This document shows positions 28,259-40,623 of a DNA stretch of 64,000 nt, piece after piece; the stretch's first letter is position 1, and each line of letters starts with the position of its first letter. A program made the translations under genes and the position numbers. The stretch is from the IMG/VR virus record IMGVR_UViG_3300033388_004609, positions 22,349 through 86,348 of that record. The stretch is one strand, 5' to 3'. The notes below the pieces were generated by a model. It did not search any database, had not been told where the DNA came from, and saw nothing but the letters and a program-made list of their open reading frames with translations. Origin of the DNA: a virus.

Positions 28259-29006
28259 AAAAACAAACATTTACCAAACATCATTACGGAAATCAGCAAA
28301 ATTTATCCGATGATGAATATTACTACCAAAAATGGATAGCAGAAAATGACATTACTGATAGTGATTATAAAAAAACCACAAATTTTGGATGTGGTAATAT
28401 ATTCTTGCTTGTATTTATTTTAGTAGTTTTGGCTATAATTTCACATTATTGTTAACTAAAATCAATGTTATGGATTATAATAAACTTGATGAACTATATA
28501 AAAAGACAGAAGTACTTCTTAGTGATTGTACAAACTATCTTAATAATGAATCTGACCACTATAAATCAATTTCTAATCATTTAAAAAACATAATGAAAGA
28601 AATTAATATTGCAAGAATAAAATCAATAACTAATAAAATTAATAATGATGATTGATAATAAATTAAAACAATGAAAAAATTAGATCGTTTTGCTATCTAC
28701 GTGATAGCTTGTTTTTTGGGTAGGAATTGCTGGTATATCTTTAGGTATTGGGATTAGTTATGTGCTTCTTGTAAAAGACTAATCATGAAAAATTTAATTA
28801 AAATTATTATTCTCTTATTTTTTGTTTCGTTAGCTTTTCTATTTCTGATTATCCCTATAATAGGATATGGAGATTGGGTTATTACTTGGTTTTGGACAGA
28901 ACACATAATAATAACTGCTATTTTATTTGGACTTCCATTAGGTTTTATAATTAATTGGATTGATAAAAAACTTAAAAAACAAATCTAAAACAACGGGAGG
29001 ATTAAT

Positions 29007-29360
29007 ATGGCACTATCAGCAACAGAATTAAGAATCGGAAATTATCTGGAATATAAGAAACGAATTATACAGTTTGAAATTCAAGATTTTAGGGAAGCTT
29101 CAAATAATAGCCAATTTTTAGATTTATTTATAACTCCTATTTTAATAACTAAGCAGTGGTTAAAAGATTTTGGATTTATAACAGAAAATGGTCAAGATTG
29201 GTTTATCCCTGGAAATGCAGTCTACAAATTTTTATTAGAAGGCGCATATATTTATTATTCAACAAATACGCCCGGCATTAATATAAAAATCAAATATATC
29301 CACCGATTACAGAACTTATATTTTACATTAACAGGGAAAGAATTAAAACTAAAACAATGA
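29007..29360 (+). CDS. Conserved Bacteroidota-phage protein
   Basis: ELRIGN...PI.IT..WL..FGF...IKYIH.LQNLYF.LTGKEL. Confidence 0.65.
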   Translation: MALSATELRIGNYLEYKKRIIQFEIQDFREASNNSQFLDLFITPILITKQWLKDFGFITENGQDWFIPGNAVYKFLLEGAYIYYSTNTPGINIKIKYIHRLQNLYFTLTGKELKLKQ

Positions 29361-29917
29361 AAAAACTATTATTTCTAACAACAGCATTAATCTTATTCTC
29401 ATGTGAGAAAATGGATTGGGATCATGGAACTAAATACGTTATTAAAAAAGGGCAACATAAGTCCATTGTAAATATAGTTCCATTGTATGGTGGCGGGATA
29501 AAGTCATCTTGTAGATTTGATTCATCTGCGATTTATGATCTCGGCAATGAAAACCAGGGTGATTGGAATAAATTAATTGGATTTTCAGAAGATATTAGAA
29601 TACATGATAATTCAGCACGAATATCTTGGCGTTGGAATATTGAACGAGAACAAATAGATTTAGGATACTACTGTTATGTGAACAGCGAAGTGATAAAAGG
29701 TCATTTATACTGGTTGGATATTAATGAGCCGATTCAGTTTATGATTCGGGATGACCAGGAAAAGCAGAACTATGTAATTGATATTTTCGGAAATTATAAA
29801 ACCGTACATCATGGACAAAAATTTGACGATAAGAAGTTTTGGAGTTATCCCTGGTTTGGTGGGGATGAGGTTGCTCCACATGACATAACGGTTACTTTTG
29901 GCAGATATGAACTTTAG
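29357..29917 (+). CDS. Lipoprotein
   Basis: MKKLLFLTTALILFSC lipobox; D.NKL.G...HDNSAR..WRW...YPWFGG...APH. Confidence 0.65.
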   Translation: MKKLLFLTTALILFSCEKMDWDHGTKYVIKKGQHKSIVNIVPLYGGGIKSSCRFDSSAIYDLGNENQGDWNKLIGFSEDIRIHDNSARISWRWNIEREQIDLGYYCYVNSEVIKGHLYWLDINEPIQFMIRDDQEKQNYVIDIFGNYKTVHHGQKFDDKKFWSYPWFGGDEVAPHDITVTFGRYEL

Positions 29918-29931
29918 ATAAATTTTAAACT

Positions 29932-30303
29932 ATGAAAACGATAAAATTTAGAGGCAAAAGAAATGATAATAGGGAATGGGTTTATGGATTATTAACTTTT
30001 ATTGGAGAGGGATATTCTAAAATATGTGTAATTCTCTCTAATAAATTTGAAGCAGATTATCGGGTTATACCAAAAACAGTTGGACAACTTATCGGGCCTA
30101 AGGATAAGCAAGGCAAAGATATTTATGAAGGAGATATCTATATATGGTATCAGCCATTAGTAAAAAACGGGAAGCAAATATTCAAAAAACATACTGGTAT
30201 TGTAGGATACACAATCCCTGAATTACATAAAGTATTATGTATCTCTGAATCCATGAGAGGTATTGAAGTAATCGGGAATATTCATGAAAACTCTAAGCCA
30301 TGA
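29932..30303 (+). CDS. YopX family protein
   Basis: IKFRGK....EWVYG...TVGQ..G.KDK.G.DIYEGDI...EVIGNIHEN. Confidence 0.85.
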   Translation: MKTIKFRGKRNDNREWVYGLLTFIGEGYSKICVILSNKFEADYRVIPKTVGQLIGPKDKQGKDIYEGDIYIWYQPLVKNGKQIFKKHTGIVGYTIPELHKVLCISESMRGIEVIGNIHENSKP

Positions 30304-31576
30304 TGAAACATAAAGATAAACTATTGTTTATTGATTGGTTAAATAAATATTTCACATTTGCTGGTAATGATGATTTATACAAACGAAAGGATAATGGGAA
30401 AGTAGAGCCGCAGCGGAAATTATACAAGGATTATTTAAGAGCCTATAAATTATGATGGGGCATAAAGAAAAATTAAAGGGAGGTATGTAATACGATGTAA
30501 TATTTGCACGTAAAATTTACTGTTATTTGTTTAATAATAGCAAATTGAAAAGATTTGCGAAAAATGCAATTAATCGGCGAAATAGGAAGAAATCAAAATT
30601 AAAATTAAATCATGAAAAAGAAAATGATTACAGGGTATAGTTTTTATCAAGAACCCGATGAGTACGTAATAAAGATTTTTGAATCAGCATCCATAGGTTA
30701 TTATCATGTAATTATAGATTCCGCATTTCAGAATAATGAGTATTTTCACTTAACTAAAGAGGAAATAGAAAACAGATTCGGAGGGATTAAATTATGAAAA
30801 ATGTAATTAAAAAGTGGGAACTCATTTTAGATAAGGATAAAGGGAAAGATATAACTTATGGAAGGAAAGTACTAAAAGAAATACTTAATGACTTCAAAAA
30901 TGAAAACAGAACTAGGGAAAATAGTAATCGGAATCGATCAAAAGATTTACTTTGAGTATTATAAATTGAAAAAACCAATCTTTGAAGCTCATCAAAAAGA
31001 TGTTGCTTATTTTCAAAAAAATGTAGAAAGATATAAAGCTCCAAATATGATGCTTGAAATGGATAGATACAAAGCCTCAAAACAACAAATTGAGGTTAGT
31101 AATTTCTGGCGGGAATTTCCAAGTGGTATTCGTATGATAATCAAAAAAGGGATGGTTCATATTAAAGATAATCAGAGATGCAAAGCAGAAGTAAACGGAA
31201 CAGCAAAAATTATTGAATTAATAAAGTAAAGCTATGAAAGAATGGATTATGGATAGTCAGCAAGAAGAGGAGATAAGGGAGGAAATAGAGTATTTAGAAG
31301 AAAAAAGATATTCTTATGGATGGACGAGGGGAGATGCGGAGCGTTATCATTCTCTAAAAAAGAAATTAGGTGAAGACGAATAATTGAATTAACTAAAGAA
31401 TAAATATATGAGCAAGAAACGAAAATGGATAGATGTGGCAAAAGAACAACCGCCAAAAGGTGCTGTAATTCTTGGTAAAATATTATCAGGTTCTAAGATA
31501 ATTAAAGTTGAGGTTACAGGTAATATTTGGGATTATGGAATTAGCAAATGGAAATATTTTGATAACTAACTAAACA

Positions 31577-31966
31577 ATGAAAGTAGAAGATAGAGAAATT
31601 ATAAGAATGAAGTTTAATAATAAATGTGCTTATTGTGGATGTGAGCTTCAAAAGGGATGGCACGTTGATGAATTATATCCTGTTATAAGAAACTACAAAT
31701 GGAACAAGGATAAAACAAGATACATTCATGATGGAACGTATATGAACCCTAAAAATCTTAATATAGACAATCAAATGCCGTCTTGTCCGAGTTGTAATAT
31801 TAACAAACACTCTATGACATTAGAAGATTTTAGGCATTTAATTGAGAATTTTATTATATCATTAAACAGAGATTCAACACAATATAAAATAGCAAAGAGA
31901 TATGGATTGATAAAAGAAGAAATTAAACCAGTTGTATTTTATTTTGAAAAATTAACTAAAGAATAA
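31577..31966 (+). CDS. HNH endonuclease-like protein
   Basis: CAYCG...WHVD...N.MPSCPSCN.NK. Confidence 0.75.
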   Translation: MKVEDREIIRMKFNNKCAYCGCELQKGWHVDELYPVIRNYKWNKDKTRYIHDGTYMNPKNLNIDNQMPSCPSCNINKHSMTLEDFRHLIENFIISLNRDSTQYKIAKRYGLIKEEIKPVVFYFEKLTKE

Positions 31967-33206
31967 AATCATGAAAGCAACAGATTTGCTCGAAAAGCTA
32001 AACAAACTTAATCGTATATACGGTACAATGAATGCTGAAATTGAGGCATATGATGTAGAAATTCGTGTGTCGATTTGGGAAAATTGGCAAAAAAAGAAAG
32101 TAAAAATACAACTCAATTTAATTAACCAATTCAAAACAGATGCTTGTTTAGATATTGCTTCAAAAGCATGGTTACAGGCATTATCGAAGATGAATGACCC
32201 ATTAAAGAAACCAGGATTTAAAAAATGGTATGAAAAATACATAAAAAATAATTGAATTGTTATGAAAATAAAATTATCTAAAAGGAAAATGATGAGAGTA
32301 TTTAGAAAAGGATTGCTAAGAAGTGCTGTTCGGAAAGGGAAAATATTTATTTGTAAATTACAATTTTCTAATAATTAAAAAAACAAAAAATGGAACCAGA
32401 AGAATTATTATTTGAAATTGACCAGCTACGGATAAAGTATAAAGGTCAAAAGTTTGATATTGAAAAAGGTAGTCCGTATATTGAAGAGTCTTGTGAATTA
32501 ATTGACCAATTCAAAAAAGAAATAGAAAAAATAAATGTGAAAAATGCAGATATAATTTCGAAGACAAAGACAAACTAAGTCCTTATCATGATGTTGAAAA
32601 ATACTATTCTACTGAATAAAACAACTAACTAAACAATAAAGCTATGGAACAAATTAAGGAAATAAATGAATGGTATAATTTGGTACATGTCAAATGGAAT
32701 AATAAAATTCAACCAGGAACATATTGCCATACAATTCAAGAGGCATTAGAATTTATTAAAATATTATCTGAATACAATAGTACTGGCACGTATCACATTA
32801 TTACTCCGTATTACAAATACAGAGTAGTGAATTTATCCACTATGGAAATTAAATTAACTAAACAATGAAAATATGATAAAAATATTCGAAAAAGAAACTC
32901 AAAAGTATTTAAAAACTTGCGGTGTTTCACAAAAAGAAATTGACAAAATTAAATTCACAGAATTAAAGAAAGCTGTATTAGCTAAAATTGATACAGTAAG
33001 ATCATTAATTACTGAAAATGAATTTGGTAAAATCAGCAAATATACTGGTCATTCACCTGCAGGTGATGATATGGGTTGTGACAATGATTATATATCTTTT
33101 GACGAATTTTTACCAGAAGACAATTACGGAACAGATATTTCCAACGTGTGTTGCTTATTAGCTGATCTTATAAAACTTAAATAATAACCAAAAATCATTA
33201 AATATT

Positions 33207-34856
33207 ATGAAAAAAACAGATCCAAAAACAATTGAAATTCCTCTCTATTTTCACAATTACAAGCTCTTAGAAGATAAAAGATTCTTACTTAAAGGTTCAG
33301 CTATCTATTTTGTACAAGGACCTAATAGAGTAGGCAAAACAAGCTTTCTTAAAGCATTAGCAGCTATACAGGGAGCAAAAGAAACAACTAAAGAACCGGT
33401 AACACGTGGTAAAGAAGATGGTTATAATGAATTCGTAATACCAGGAGCAGATGGTAAAATGTACGTTATTAAACACTCGTTTGACAATAAGAAAAATAAA
33501 TTCATTGCTATAGATGAAGAAGGAAACAAAATAAGTAGTGTTACTGATATCAGAAAGATATTTAATTATACTCACTTTACTGTTGATGATTTTTTTAAGT
33601 TATCTACTACTGCAGAAGGACGTAGAAAACAAAAAGAAATTATATTACAACTTTTGACTGATAAGGAAAAAACAGAATATAGCGAACTTGACGATTTAGA
33701 AACTGTAAAATACAATGAAAGAACATCTATTAATAGAGATAAAGAAGTACAAGAAGCTACATTAAAAAACTCTTTAGTAACAGATGATGAATCAAAATCA
33801 CTTGAAAAACTTGAAGTAACAGAAAAAGAAATTGCCAAATGTGGATTATACAAAGCAAAACTTCATGAACTGGATAAAGATATATCTTCCTCTGATGCAA
33901 GAATTAATAAATTACATGATATCATTCTTCAAATTAAGGAAAATCTAAAACAACACGAGGATGAACTTGCTAACGAAGAAAAAACTTTATCTTATAATAT
34001 GGCTTCTTTAAAAGAAATAGAATCCAAACTTAATATACAACTTATAATTGATAATAAGGTTCAGGTTTTTGAGTTCGATGAAATGTATGATCAATTAAAT
34101 AGTAGTAAAACTTCATTGCAAAATATCGCATATAAAAAAGAAAATTATGATAAAACTACTGAAAAACTAAAAGAGATTAATTCTAATTGGAGTGAACTCA
34201 ATGAAAAAATTGACAGGATAAGAAACAGGAAATCTGAAATAATATCTAAATCTAACCTACCATTAGATAATATATCGTTTGAAGAAGGTTACCTCACAGT
34301 AGATGGATTCACGTTTACCGAAGACCAGGTATGTGAAAGTGATGGGATAATACTCATAGCTAAAATAATGTCAGAAATTAACCCAGGTCCTATACAACTA
34401 ATAGGAGATGCTTCAGTACTTGATTTTAACCGCTTAGAAGAACTTAATAAGATAGCAGAAGATAAAGGGAAGGTCTTATTTGTTGATGAAGTTGTACGCG
34501 ATCTTAAAGACATTAGAGTAGTTGGTTATGAAGATATTAAAAACGGGGTAAAACAACTAAATACACACGTGGTACCACCAACTACCGAAAAGAAAGAAAA
34601 TTCTGTTCCTAATAAGCAATCGAAACCAATAGAACCAACCCCTGCCCCTAAACCAGAAAAAAACATTTCTGAAGAAAAGTCTGGGAATAGAAATTCTAGT
34701 GAAATATTCGAAAAAGCTAAAGAAAAGCACAGACAATCGTTAGGCGAAACTATTAAAGAAACTACCGAATATATTAATGATAAAGAAGAAGAACGAAGTA
34801 AAGAAAAATCAGAAGAACAATCGGAAGAACAATCAGAGGAAACAGATTTATTTTAA
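33207..34856 (+). CDS. SMC/Rad50-like coiled-coil ATPase
   Basis: Walker A GPNRVGKTS, long coiled coil, degenerate C-terminal half (IGDASVLD), acidic tail. Confidence 0.75.
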   Translation: MKKTDPKTIEIPLYFHNYKLLEDKRFLLKGSAIYFVQGPNRVGKTSFLKALAAIQGAKETTKEPVTRGKEDGYNEFVIPGADGKMYVIKHSFDNKKNKFIAIDEEGNKISSVTDIRKIFNYTHFTVDDFFKLSTTAEGRRKQKEIILQLLTDKEKTEYSELDDLETVKYNERTSINRDKEVQEATLKNSLVTDDESKSLEKLEVTEKEIAKCGLYKAKLHELDKDISSSDARINKLHDIILQIKENLKQHEDELANEEKTLSYNMASLKEIESKLNIQLIIDNKVQVFEFDEMYDQLNSSKTSLQNIAYKKENYDKTTEKLKEINSNWSELNEKIDRIRNRKSEIISKSNLPLDNISFEEGYLTVDGFTFTEDQVCESDGIILIAKIMSEINPGPIQLIGDASVLDFNRLEELNKIAEDKGKVLFVDEVVRDLKDIRVVGYEDIKNGVKQLNTHVVPPTTEKKENSVPNKQSKPIEPTPAPKPEKNISEEKSGNRNSSEIFEKAKEKHRQSLGETIKETTEYINDKEEERSKEKSEEQSEEQSEETDLF

Positions 34857-34877
34857 TAATTTAATAAACATACAATT

Positions 34878-35510
34878 ATGAAAGGAACAATTGATAAAAT
34901 TGAATTTAATAGAAAATTTGAAACAAACACCGGTAGAATAATCTTCTATTTTAATATTTGGATTACTGATGAAACAGGAAAAGAATTAAACGGACAATTC
35001 TCAACAGTTAAAGAGGATCAGGATAAGTTTATTATCGGCAAAGAATATGAACTCACAATAGAAGTTAAATCTACTAAAAACGGAGAATATAATTTCTTTA
35101 ATAAAGCAAAAACGGACAAGAATCCTAAGTCTCCGGTAAAAGGTAAAGCATGGAAAAGAGATGTGTCAGTAAGAAGGTCAATCATTGCTCAATCATCACT
35201 TGATTATGCCGTAGCTGCTCTTAATGCTATCGTTAATACTTGGCCAGAACTTGGAATACAAGATAAAATAACCAGCTTATCTCAAATTACTGGTATAGCT
35301 AATAATATGATGAAATGGGTAGCTATTAATTCAGGAGCCAATGAACAAATGGAAATTATTTGTCAATCATCATTAAAGAAAGCTGTTGCTGTTATTCCCA
35401 TCAAAAGCTTAAATATTAAATCTACCGATGATATCCTTAAAGCAGCTGGAGAATTTAAGAAAATTGCACTAGCTGGTGTTGAAAAATTAACTCCACTAAT
35501 TCCGGAATAA
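34878..35510 (+). CDS. Putative OB-fold ssDNA-binding/annealing protein
   Basis: Beta-rich N-terminus, I..QSSL..A repeats, lies between the ATPase and the nuclease. Confidence 0.45.
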   Translation: MKGTIDKIEFNRKFETNTGRIIFYFNIWITDETGKELNGQFSTVKEDQDKFIIGKEYELTIEVKSTKNGEYNFFNKAKTDKNPKSPVKGKAWKRDVSVRRSIIAQSSLDYAVAALNAIVNTWPELGIQDKITSLSQITGIANNMMKWVAINSGANEQMEIICQSSLKKAVAVIPIKSLNIKSTDDILKAAGEFKKIALAGVEKLTPLIPE

Positions 35511-36424
35511 TGGATTTTATAAAACATCCAATCAGTCAATCATTAATAAAGAAAGTACTTTATAATGGTGAAGAAAGAGAGGTTTGTCCTTATCAATTAT
35601 ATAATGTTGACATTCTTCATAAATTTAAAAGAGAAACTTCATTACCTATGCATTGTGGCAATTACTTTGAAACACAATGCATAGGTTCCAGTGCTGGTGG
35701 TAAAGCAACAAATGATTTACCTAGAAAACTTCTTAATAAAAATCAACAAACAGAAAATAGAGTACGCGAAAGAGAAGGGAAACCCTTACTTAAAGGGGAG
35801 AAAAGAAGTGATCAATTACGTATTGACGAACAAATATTAAGATTTAAGTCGTTATGTACAAAATATCAAATAATAGTAGCTAATAATAATGTTCAAATTC
35901 CTATTATTATACCATGGGAAAAAGATAAAAATATACTTCTTACCATGCAACTTGATATATTTCCTACTCCAATATTCTATAAAAAAGAATTACATATTGC
36001 AGTAATAGATCTTAAGCTTACTGGTGATCTTAATTCGTCCTATGGAGAATACTGTTACGCTACTCCTGAACACTTAGACCTTATACAAGGGAAAATGTAT
36101 CATTATGGAGTAAGACATATAGATCATGCTCTAAATCCCCATTTAAACAATGTACTATCTCCTGATGTTGAAGAAGTGATTAAACAAAGCTGTTTATTCT
36201 TTTTATGGATATTCAATTATAAGAAACCAACATTAGAAGATAAATTTATTGAAGTTGTTTGGGATAAAACAAAAGAAGCAGAACTACACGAGAGTATCCG
36301 AAAAACAATATCTATGCTTGAAATGTTTGAAGCACAAGCATGGCCATTAGTACCATCATATAACCGATGTAAAAAATGTCCTATAAAAGAATGTGAAGGT
36401 AGAGAATATTATGAGGCAATATAA
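35510..36424 (+). CDS. PD-(D/E)XK (Cas4/RecB-like) exonuclease
   Basis: SQS....CP, G.YFE, LDI...VIDLKLT...Q...Y, C..CP...C. Confidence 0.75.
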   Translation: MDFIKHPISQSLIKKVLYNGEEREVCPYQLYNVDILHKFKRETSLPMHCGNYFETQCIGSSAGGKATNDLPRKLLNKNQQTENRVREREGKPLLKGEKRSDQLRIDEQILRFKSLCTKYQIIVANNNVQIPIIIPWEKDKNILLTMQLDIFPTPIFYKKELHIAVIDLKLTGDLNSSYGEYCYATPEHLDLIQGKMYHYGVRHIDHALNPHLNNVLSPDVEEVIKQSCLFFLWIFNYKKPTLEDKFIEVVWDKTKEAELHESIRKTISMLEMFEAQAWPLVPSYNRCKKCPIKECEGREYYEAI

Positions 36425-36927
36425 TCAATAATAACAAAATATTATGAAAAAAACGATTGTAAATTATGACAAAGAAGAAAGTATAATCATAGATTGTACA
36501 ATGATTAATGAAAAAGAACATAAGCAAGCAAGAGAAGAAATTGAAAAACTTGGTTTTTCTTTTGAAACTATTGATTCAGATTCTTTCCGTGCTATTTATA
36601 CAGGTAACGGATTACCAATGATATTAAAAAGATTAGAGAATATTGGATACACTTTTTAAATAATCATTTTTTGTAGCTAGAAATCTAAAAATATTTTTAT
36701 GATAAAAGATGTAGTTTATACAGAAGAAACAACTTATACCGGTCGTAATGGACAGGGTAAACAAATAGGATTAGCATTTACTCATAATGGTAGTTGCTTA
36801 TTATTAGAACCTATTAACTCAAAAAATAAGATTGCTAAATGTCAAATGAATATTCCTTATGAGGATATGACTGAAGTAATTGAAATGTTACAAGAAGCTT
36901 ATTTAATTCAAAAATAAATAAATTATT

Positions 36928-37830
36928 ATGGAAAACAGAAAATTAAATTTCAAAGACAACAAAGTAGAACATCTAACACTTGAAGAACTAAAAAGTACAG
37001 TAAGCGAAAAGAGAACAACTGGTTATCCTATACATGGAATACAACATTATGAACTCCTTGATGCAATACAGAACAGATTGGATGTATCAGGACTTGAGTA
37101 TAACCTAGCACCAATATCTGTAGTTAGTGGTGGAGAAAGAAAAAGTCCCGGTGTAACAGTGTTTGATGAACTGGTAGAGAAACATGGAGAAGGATCATTA
37201 CAATCTCACTTACTCCGAAGGCTCATAACAATGTTTTTAATCACTTCTAACAACACGGAAGAGTATAACTATGGATTAGCTGTAGCTTTCCATCAAAGTG
37301 GCATACAGGTCGCCTATGGACCTAATATACGTACTTGTGATAACATGTGTATCCTTAATGCAGAATCAATGATGGCTACATATGGCCCAGGTAAAATGAA
37401 ACATGAAAAAATGCTTGAAGTAGTTGGTGAATGGTTAACAAATTTTGAAATACATAGAGAAAGGGATATTAAAATTCTTGAGAGAATGAAAGAAATCCAA
37501 TGTACATATCGCGATGTTGCAGAATTAACTGGTCATTTAATGTTCATGAGAGTAGGATCAGCATCAAAAGAAATTGAATCAACAATCCATCAACCTCTTA
37601 ACCAAGGTCAAATAACAGTATTCACAGAGAAATATTTGAAATATTATCAAGAAAAGAAAGCAATTTCCGATGAAGAAACAGAAATTACTTTATATGAATT
37701 GTTCAATCTTGCAACAGAAATGCACAAAGCCGGTAGAACAGATTTACCTTTAATTATACAATCTAATTATGCTCTCGGTAAGTTTCTTATTGAAAAATAC
37801 AGACTTGCCGAAAAACAAGTTACTGATTAG
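36928..37830 (+). CDS. DUF932-like protein
   Basis: HGIQHYEL...AVAFHQSGIQVAYGPN...C.N.CI...LYELFN.ATE..K. Confidence 0.6.
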   Translation: MENRKLNFKDNKVEHLTLEELKSTVSEKRTTGYPIHGIQHYELLDAIQNRLDVSGLEYNLAPISVVSGGERKSPGVTVFDELVEKHGEGSLQSHLLRRLITMFLITSNNTEEYNYGLAVAFHQSGIQVAYGPNIRTCDNMCILNAESMMATYGPGKMKHEKMLEVVGEWLTNFEIHRERDIKILERMKEIQCTYRDVAELTGHLMFMRVGSASKEIESTIHQPLNQGQITVFTEKYLKYYQEKKAISDEETEITLYELFNLATEMHKAGRTDLPLIIQSNYALGKFLIEKYRLAEKQVTD

Positions 37831-37852
37831 TTAGTTGTTTTTTTCAGTTTAT

Positions 37853-37887
37853 GAGGGGTTTCTTGAAAAGGAAACTCCTCTTTTTTT
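37853..37887 (+). terminator. Intrinsic terminator
   Basis: GAGGGGTTTCTT-GAAA-AGGAAACTCCTC followed by T7; the next ORF really starts at ATG 37907. Confidence 0.75.
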
Positions 37888-38184
37888 AACTAATAAACAA
37901 AATAAAATGAATATATATAGAACATTAGACAAGAAAGAAACGAAAGAGTTTCAACAGTGGGCTAAGGAAAATTATGTACCAGGCACAACAATAAGTCCTG
38001 TATGGCACCCTGTTATTAAAGAAGAATGTAAAAAAATGAACACTAAAGAATATCTTATAGATAAATATAAAGGAGAATTTGATGTAGAAATAATATTAGA
38101 TTCAAATCCTGCATCACGTAACCAAGTAGAAAGCTTTGCTCAACAAGAAGTAGAGGAACAACCCGAAAAACAATTATTTTAATT

Positions 38185-39048
38185 ATGGACAAATTTAACA
38201 GAACTTGGATTAAAGAAAATGCCTTAGAAGAAATACAACACTATGAAGCAGGTGTATTGACTTTAAGAGGACTGCATTACCGTCTTGTTGCCCGGGGAAT
38301 GACTAATACATTACTTCATTACAAAAGGGTTGTTGCTGCTTTAATTGAAGCAAGGTGGGACAGAGAAGTATCGTTTGATACATTTTCGGATCACGATAGA
38401 CAGATGTTGGGGGAAACAAGGCATGAAGAAGTTTTTTTAACTGCCGAGATCAGAAAAGCAAAAAGAGAAATAAAACTTTGGATGAATGTGTATAATAGAA
38501 ATAGATGGGAACACCAAGAATATTATCCAGAAGTATTTATTGAGAAAAAAGCATTGCAGGGAGTGTTTCAACCTATCTGTAGAAGGTATGGAGTATCACT
38601 TGGAGCATGCAAGGGATATCCTTCATTAACTTTTATTTATGATGCTTACATAAGGTTTCAAGAAGCTGAAAATACTCACAAACCACTAATCTTATATTTC
38701 GGTGATTATGATCCGTCCGGAGAAGATATTCCACGAAGTATTGAAGAAAACCTCTCAAGGATGGGAGTCGCTGTTGAAGTAAGAAGAATTGCACTGATGA
38801 AAAATCAAGTAGTTGAAATGAATTTACCTCCGGCACCTGTTAAAAGGGGAGACTCACGTTCTGCAAAATGGAATGGATTAGGGCAGGTTGAGTTAGATGC
38901 AATAGAACCGAATACTTTACAAACCATGTGTAAAAATGCTATTGAATCTGTATTTGATTATAATGTTTATAATAAATTGATTAAAAAACAAGAAGAAGAA
39001 ACAGAAGTTTACAAATATGAATTAAAAGAATATATAAAGAGCTTGTAA
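38185..39048 (+). CDS. TopoVI-A/JetD-like TOPRIM domain protein
   Basis: TLR.LHYRLV (wHTH), EVFIEK.AL, KGYPS, YFGDYDPSG.DI, VELDA. Confidence 0.8.
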   Translation: MDKFNRTWIKENALEEIQHYEAGVLTLRGLHYRLVARGMTNTLLHYKRVVAALIEARWDREVSFDTFSDHDRQMLGETRHEEVFLTAEIRKAKREIKLWMNVYNRNRWEHQEYYPEVFIEKKALQGVFQPICRRYGVSLGACKGYPSLTFIYDAYIRFQEAENTHKPLILYFGDYDPSGEDIPRSIEENLSRMGVAVEVRRIALMKNQVVEMNLPPAPVKRGDSRSAKWNGLGQVELDAIEPNTLQTMCKNAIESVFDYNVYNKLIKKQEEETEVYKYELKEYIKSL

Positions 39049-40623
39049 TCATATAAATAACAACTAAAATGAAACTAAATTTTAATGAATGTAAAACAAT
39101 GATGACTTTACATAACTTCGAAGGAAACATTGCTATGTGTGGTGGTAAGGTGATTACTAAGGAACTTAACACTATTGAGAACACAGGATCTGTTACATTT
39201 GAAGTAGACAATGTAAAAGAATTCAAAGAAAAATTCAAATTAACAAATGCTTATAAATTTTTAAGCCAAGAATTATGAAAATCTATAAGTTTTAAATGAT
39301 ATGGATATAGAAGAAAAAGCACTTGAATGTATTGCGGCAAAAATGTCAGCCGATCATATACTATCACTTGATGGGGTCTATGATATTATAGAAATGTCAT
39401 TGCATAATGAAATAATGGAATTACTAGAAGAATACAAAAATGCTCCAGATAAAGTAGACTATACTAAAGAAGTAAAGCACTCATTAGTACCCACTAAAAT
39501 AAATAATGCAAAAATCGGAAATATAAAATATTCATGGAAATCCCCAACAAAAAAAGACAAATGGTGTGGATGGATTAAAACTGGATTCATAACATGAAAT
39601 GTTTAAGTTTGTTCCCTTTCAGTAATATAATTATTGCTGAAAACATGGATGTATATGAAGTATATGTAGAAAACAATCAAGTGTTTTTGCACTTTCCAGA
39701 TGTTAATGAATCTTATGAAGAATATCTTGTAAGAAAATTACCGATGAAAGCAAATATTAATTGGGATAAAACCTATGGTGACGATGGAAATAATAATTGG
39801 TTTTGTGACTATTTACCATGGATTGATGGAGAGAATGGAAAATTAATTTGGAATTATTAATTAATCTATATATATCATGAAAACATTTACAGTTTATGCA
39901 AACATTAAGATTAAACTAAAAGCCGAACACAGAAGCGAGGTTAGTAATATTCTTGAAAACATGGATTATTCATTTACAGACCCACGAATAGATATACCCA
40001 CAGATGAAATAGAAATGGATACTGAAATTTGGTTATGGATTGATGAAAACGGAGAACCTTATTAAAAGTATTTAAACCACTTAATACTTACATATTATGG
40101 AACATCTTTGTATTTGTAATAATTGCGGAAACATACTGTTTGATGAAAACCCACAAGTAGGTGCAAAATTACACCCAATAAAAGGAAACGAACTTCATAT
40201 GAAGCAAATAAAGGACGAAGTGACTGGAGAATATTTCTGGGCTTGTCCTATATGTGAAACAGATAATTTTTTAATGGATATTTAATAAAAAAATGCAAAT
40301 AAAATATATGAAAAAGTAATTTTATTTATAAACTTTAATATTTAATATATTATGAAAGAAAAAATATTTAAACAATTAGATGAAATAGATCAAACTATTT
40401 CTGAATTAAAACATTTAATAAATCAATCAAATTTTCGTATTCCAACAATTTATTTAACAATTTATAAAGGAGTTATTGTCGAAGTACATGCAACCGAAAA
40501 AATTCTATTATCTATCCAGAATAGAGACAACTTGGAAAAAGTTGATAAAGATGATGTTACTGTTTGGGAACATATGATTGAGCAAGGTCTTAATTCAGGT
40601 GAACTTGTAAAAATTGATACACC

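Noticed and set aside
30452-30640. In-frame TAA in a small ORF (MMGHKEKLKGGM*YDVIFARKIYCYL) as readthrough
   Set aside because: A single GAA-to-TAA change or sequencing error explains it; TAA is the main stop codon here.
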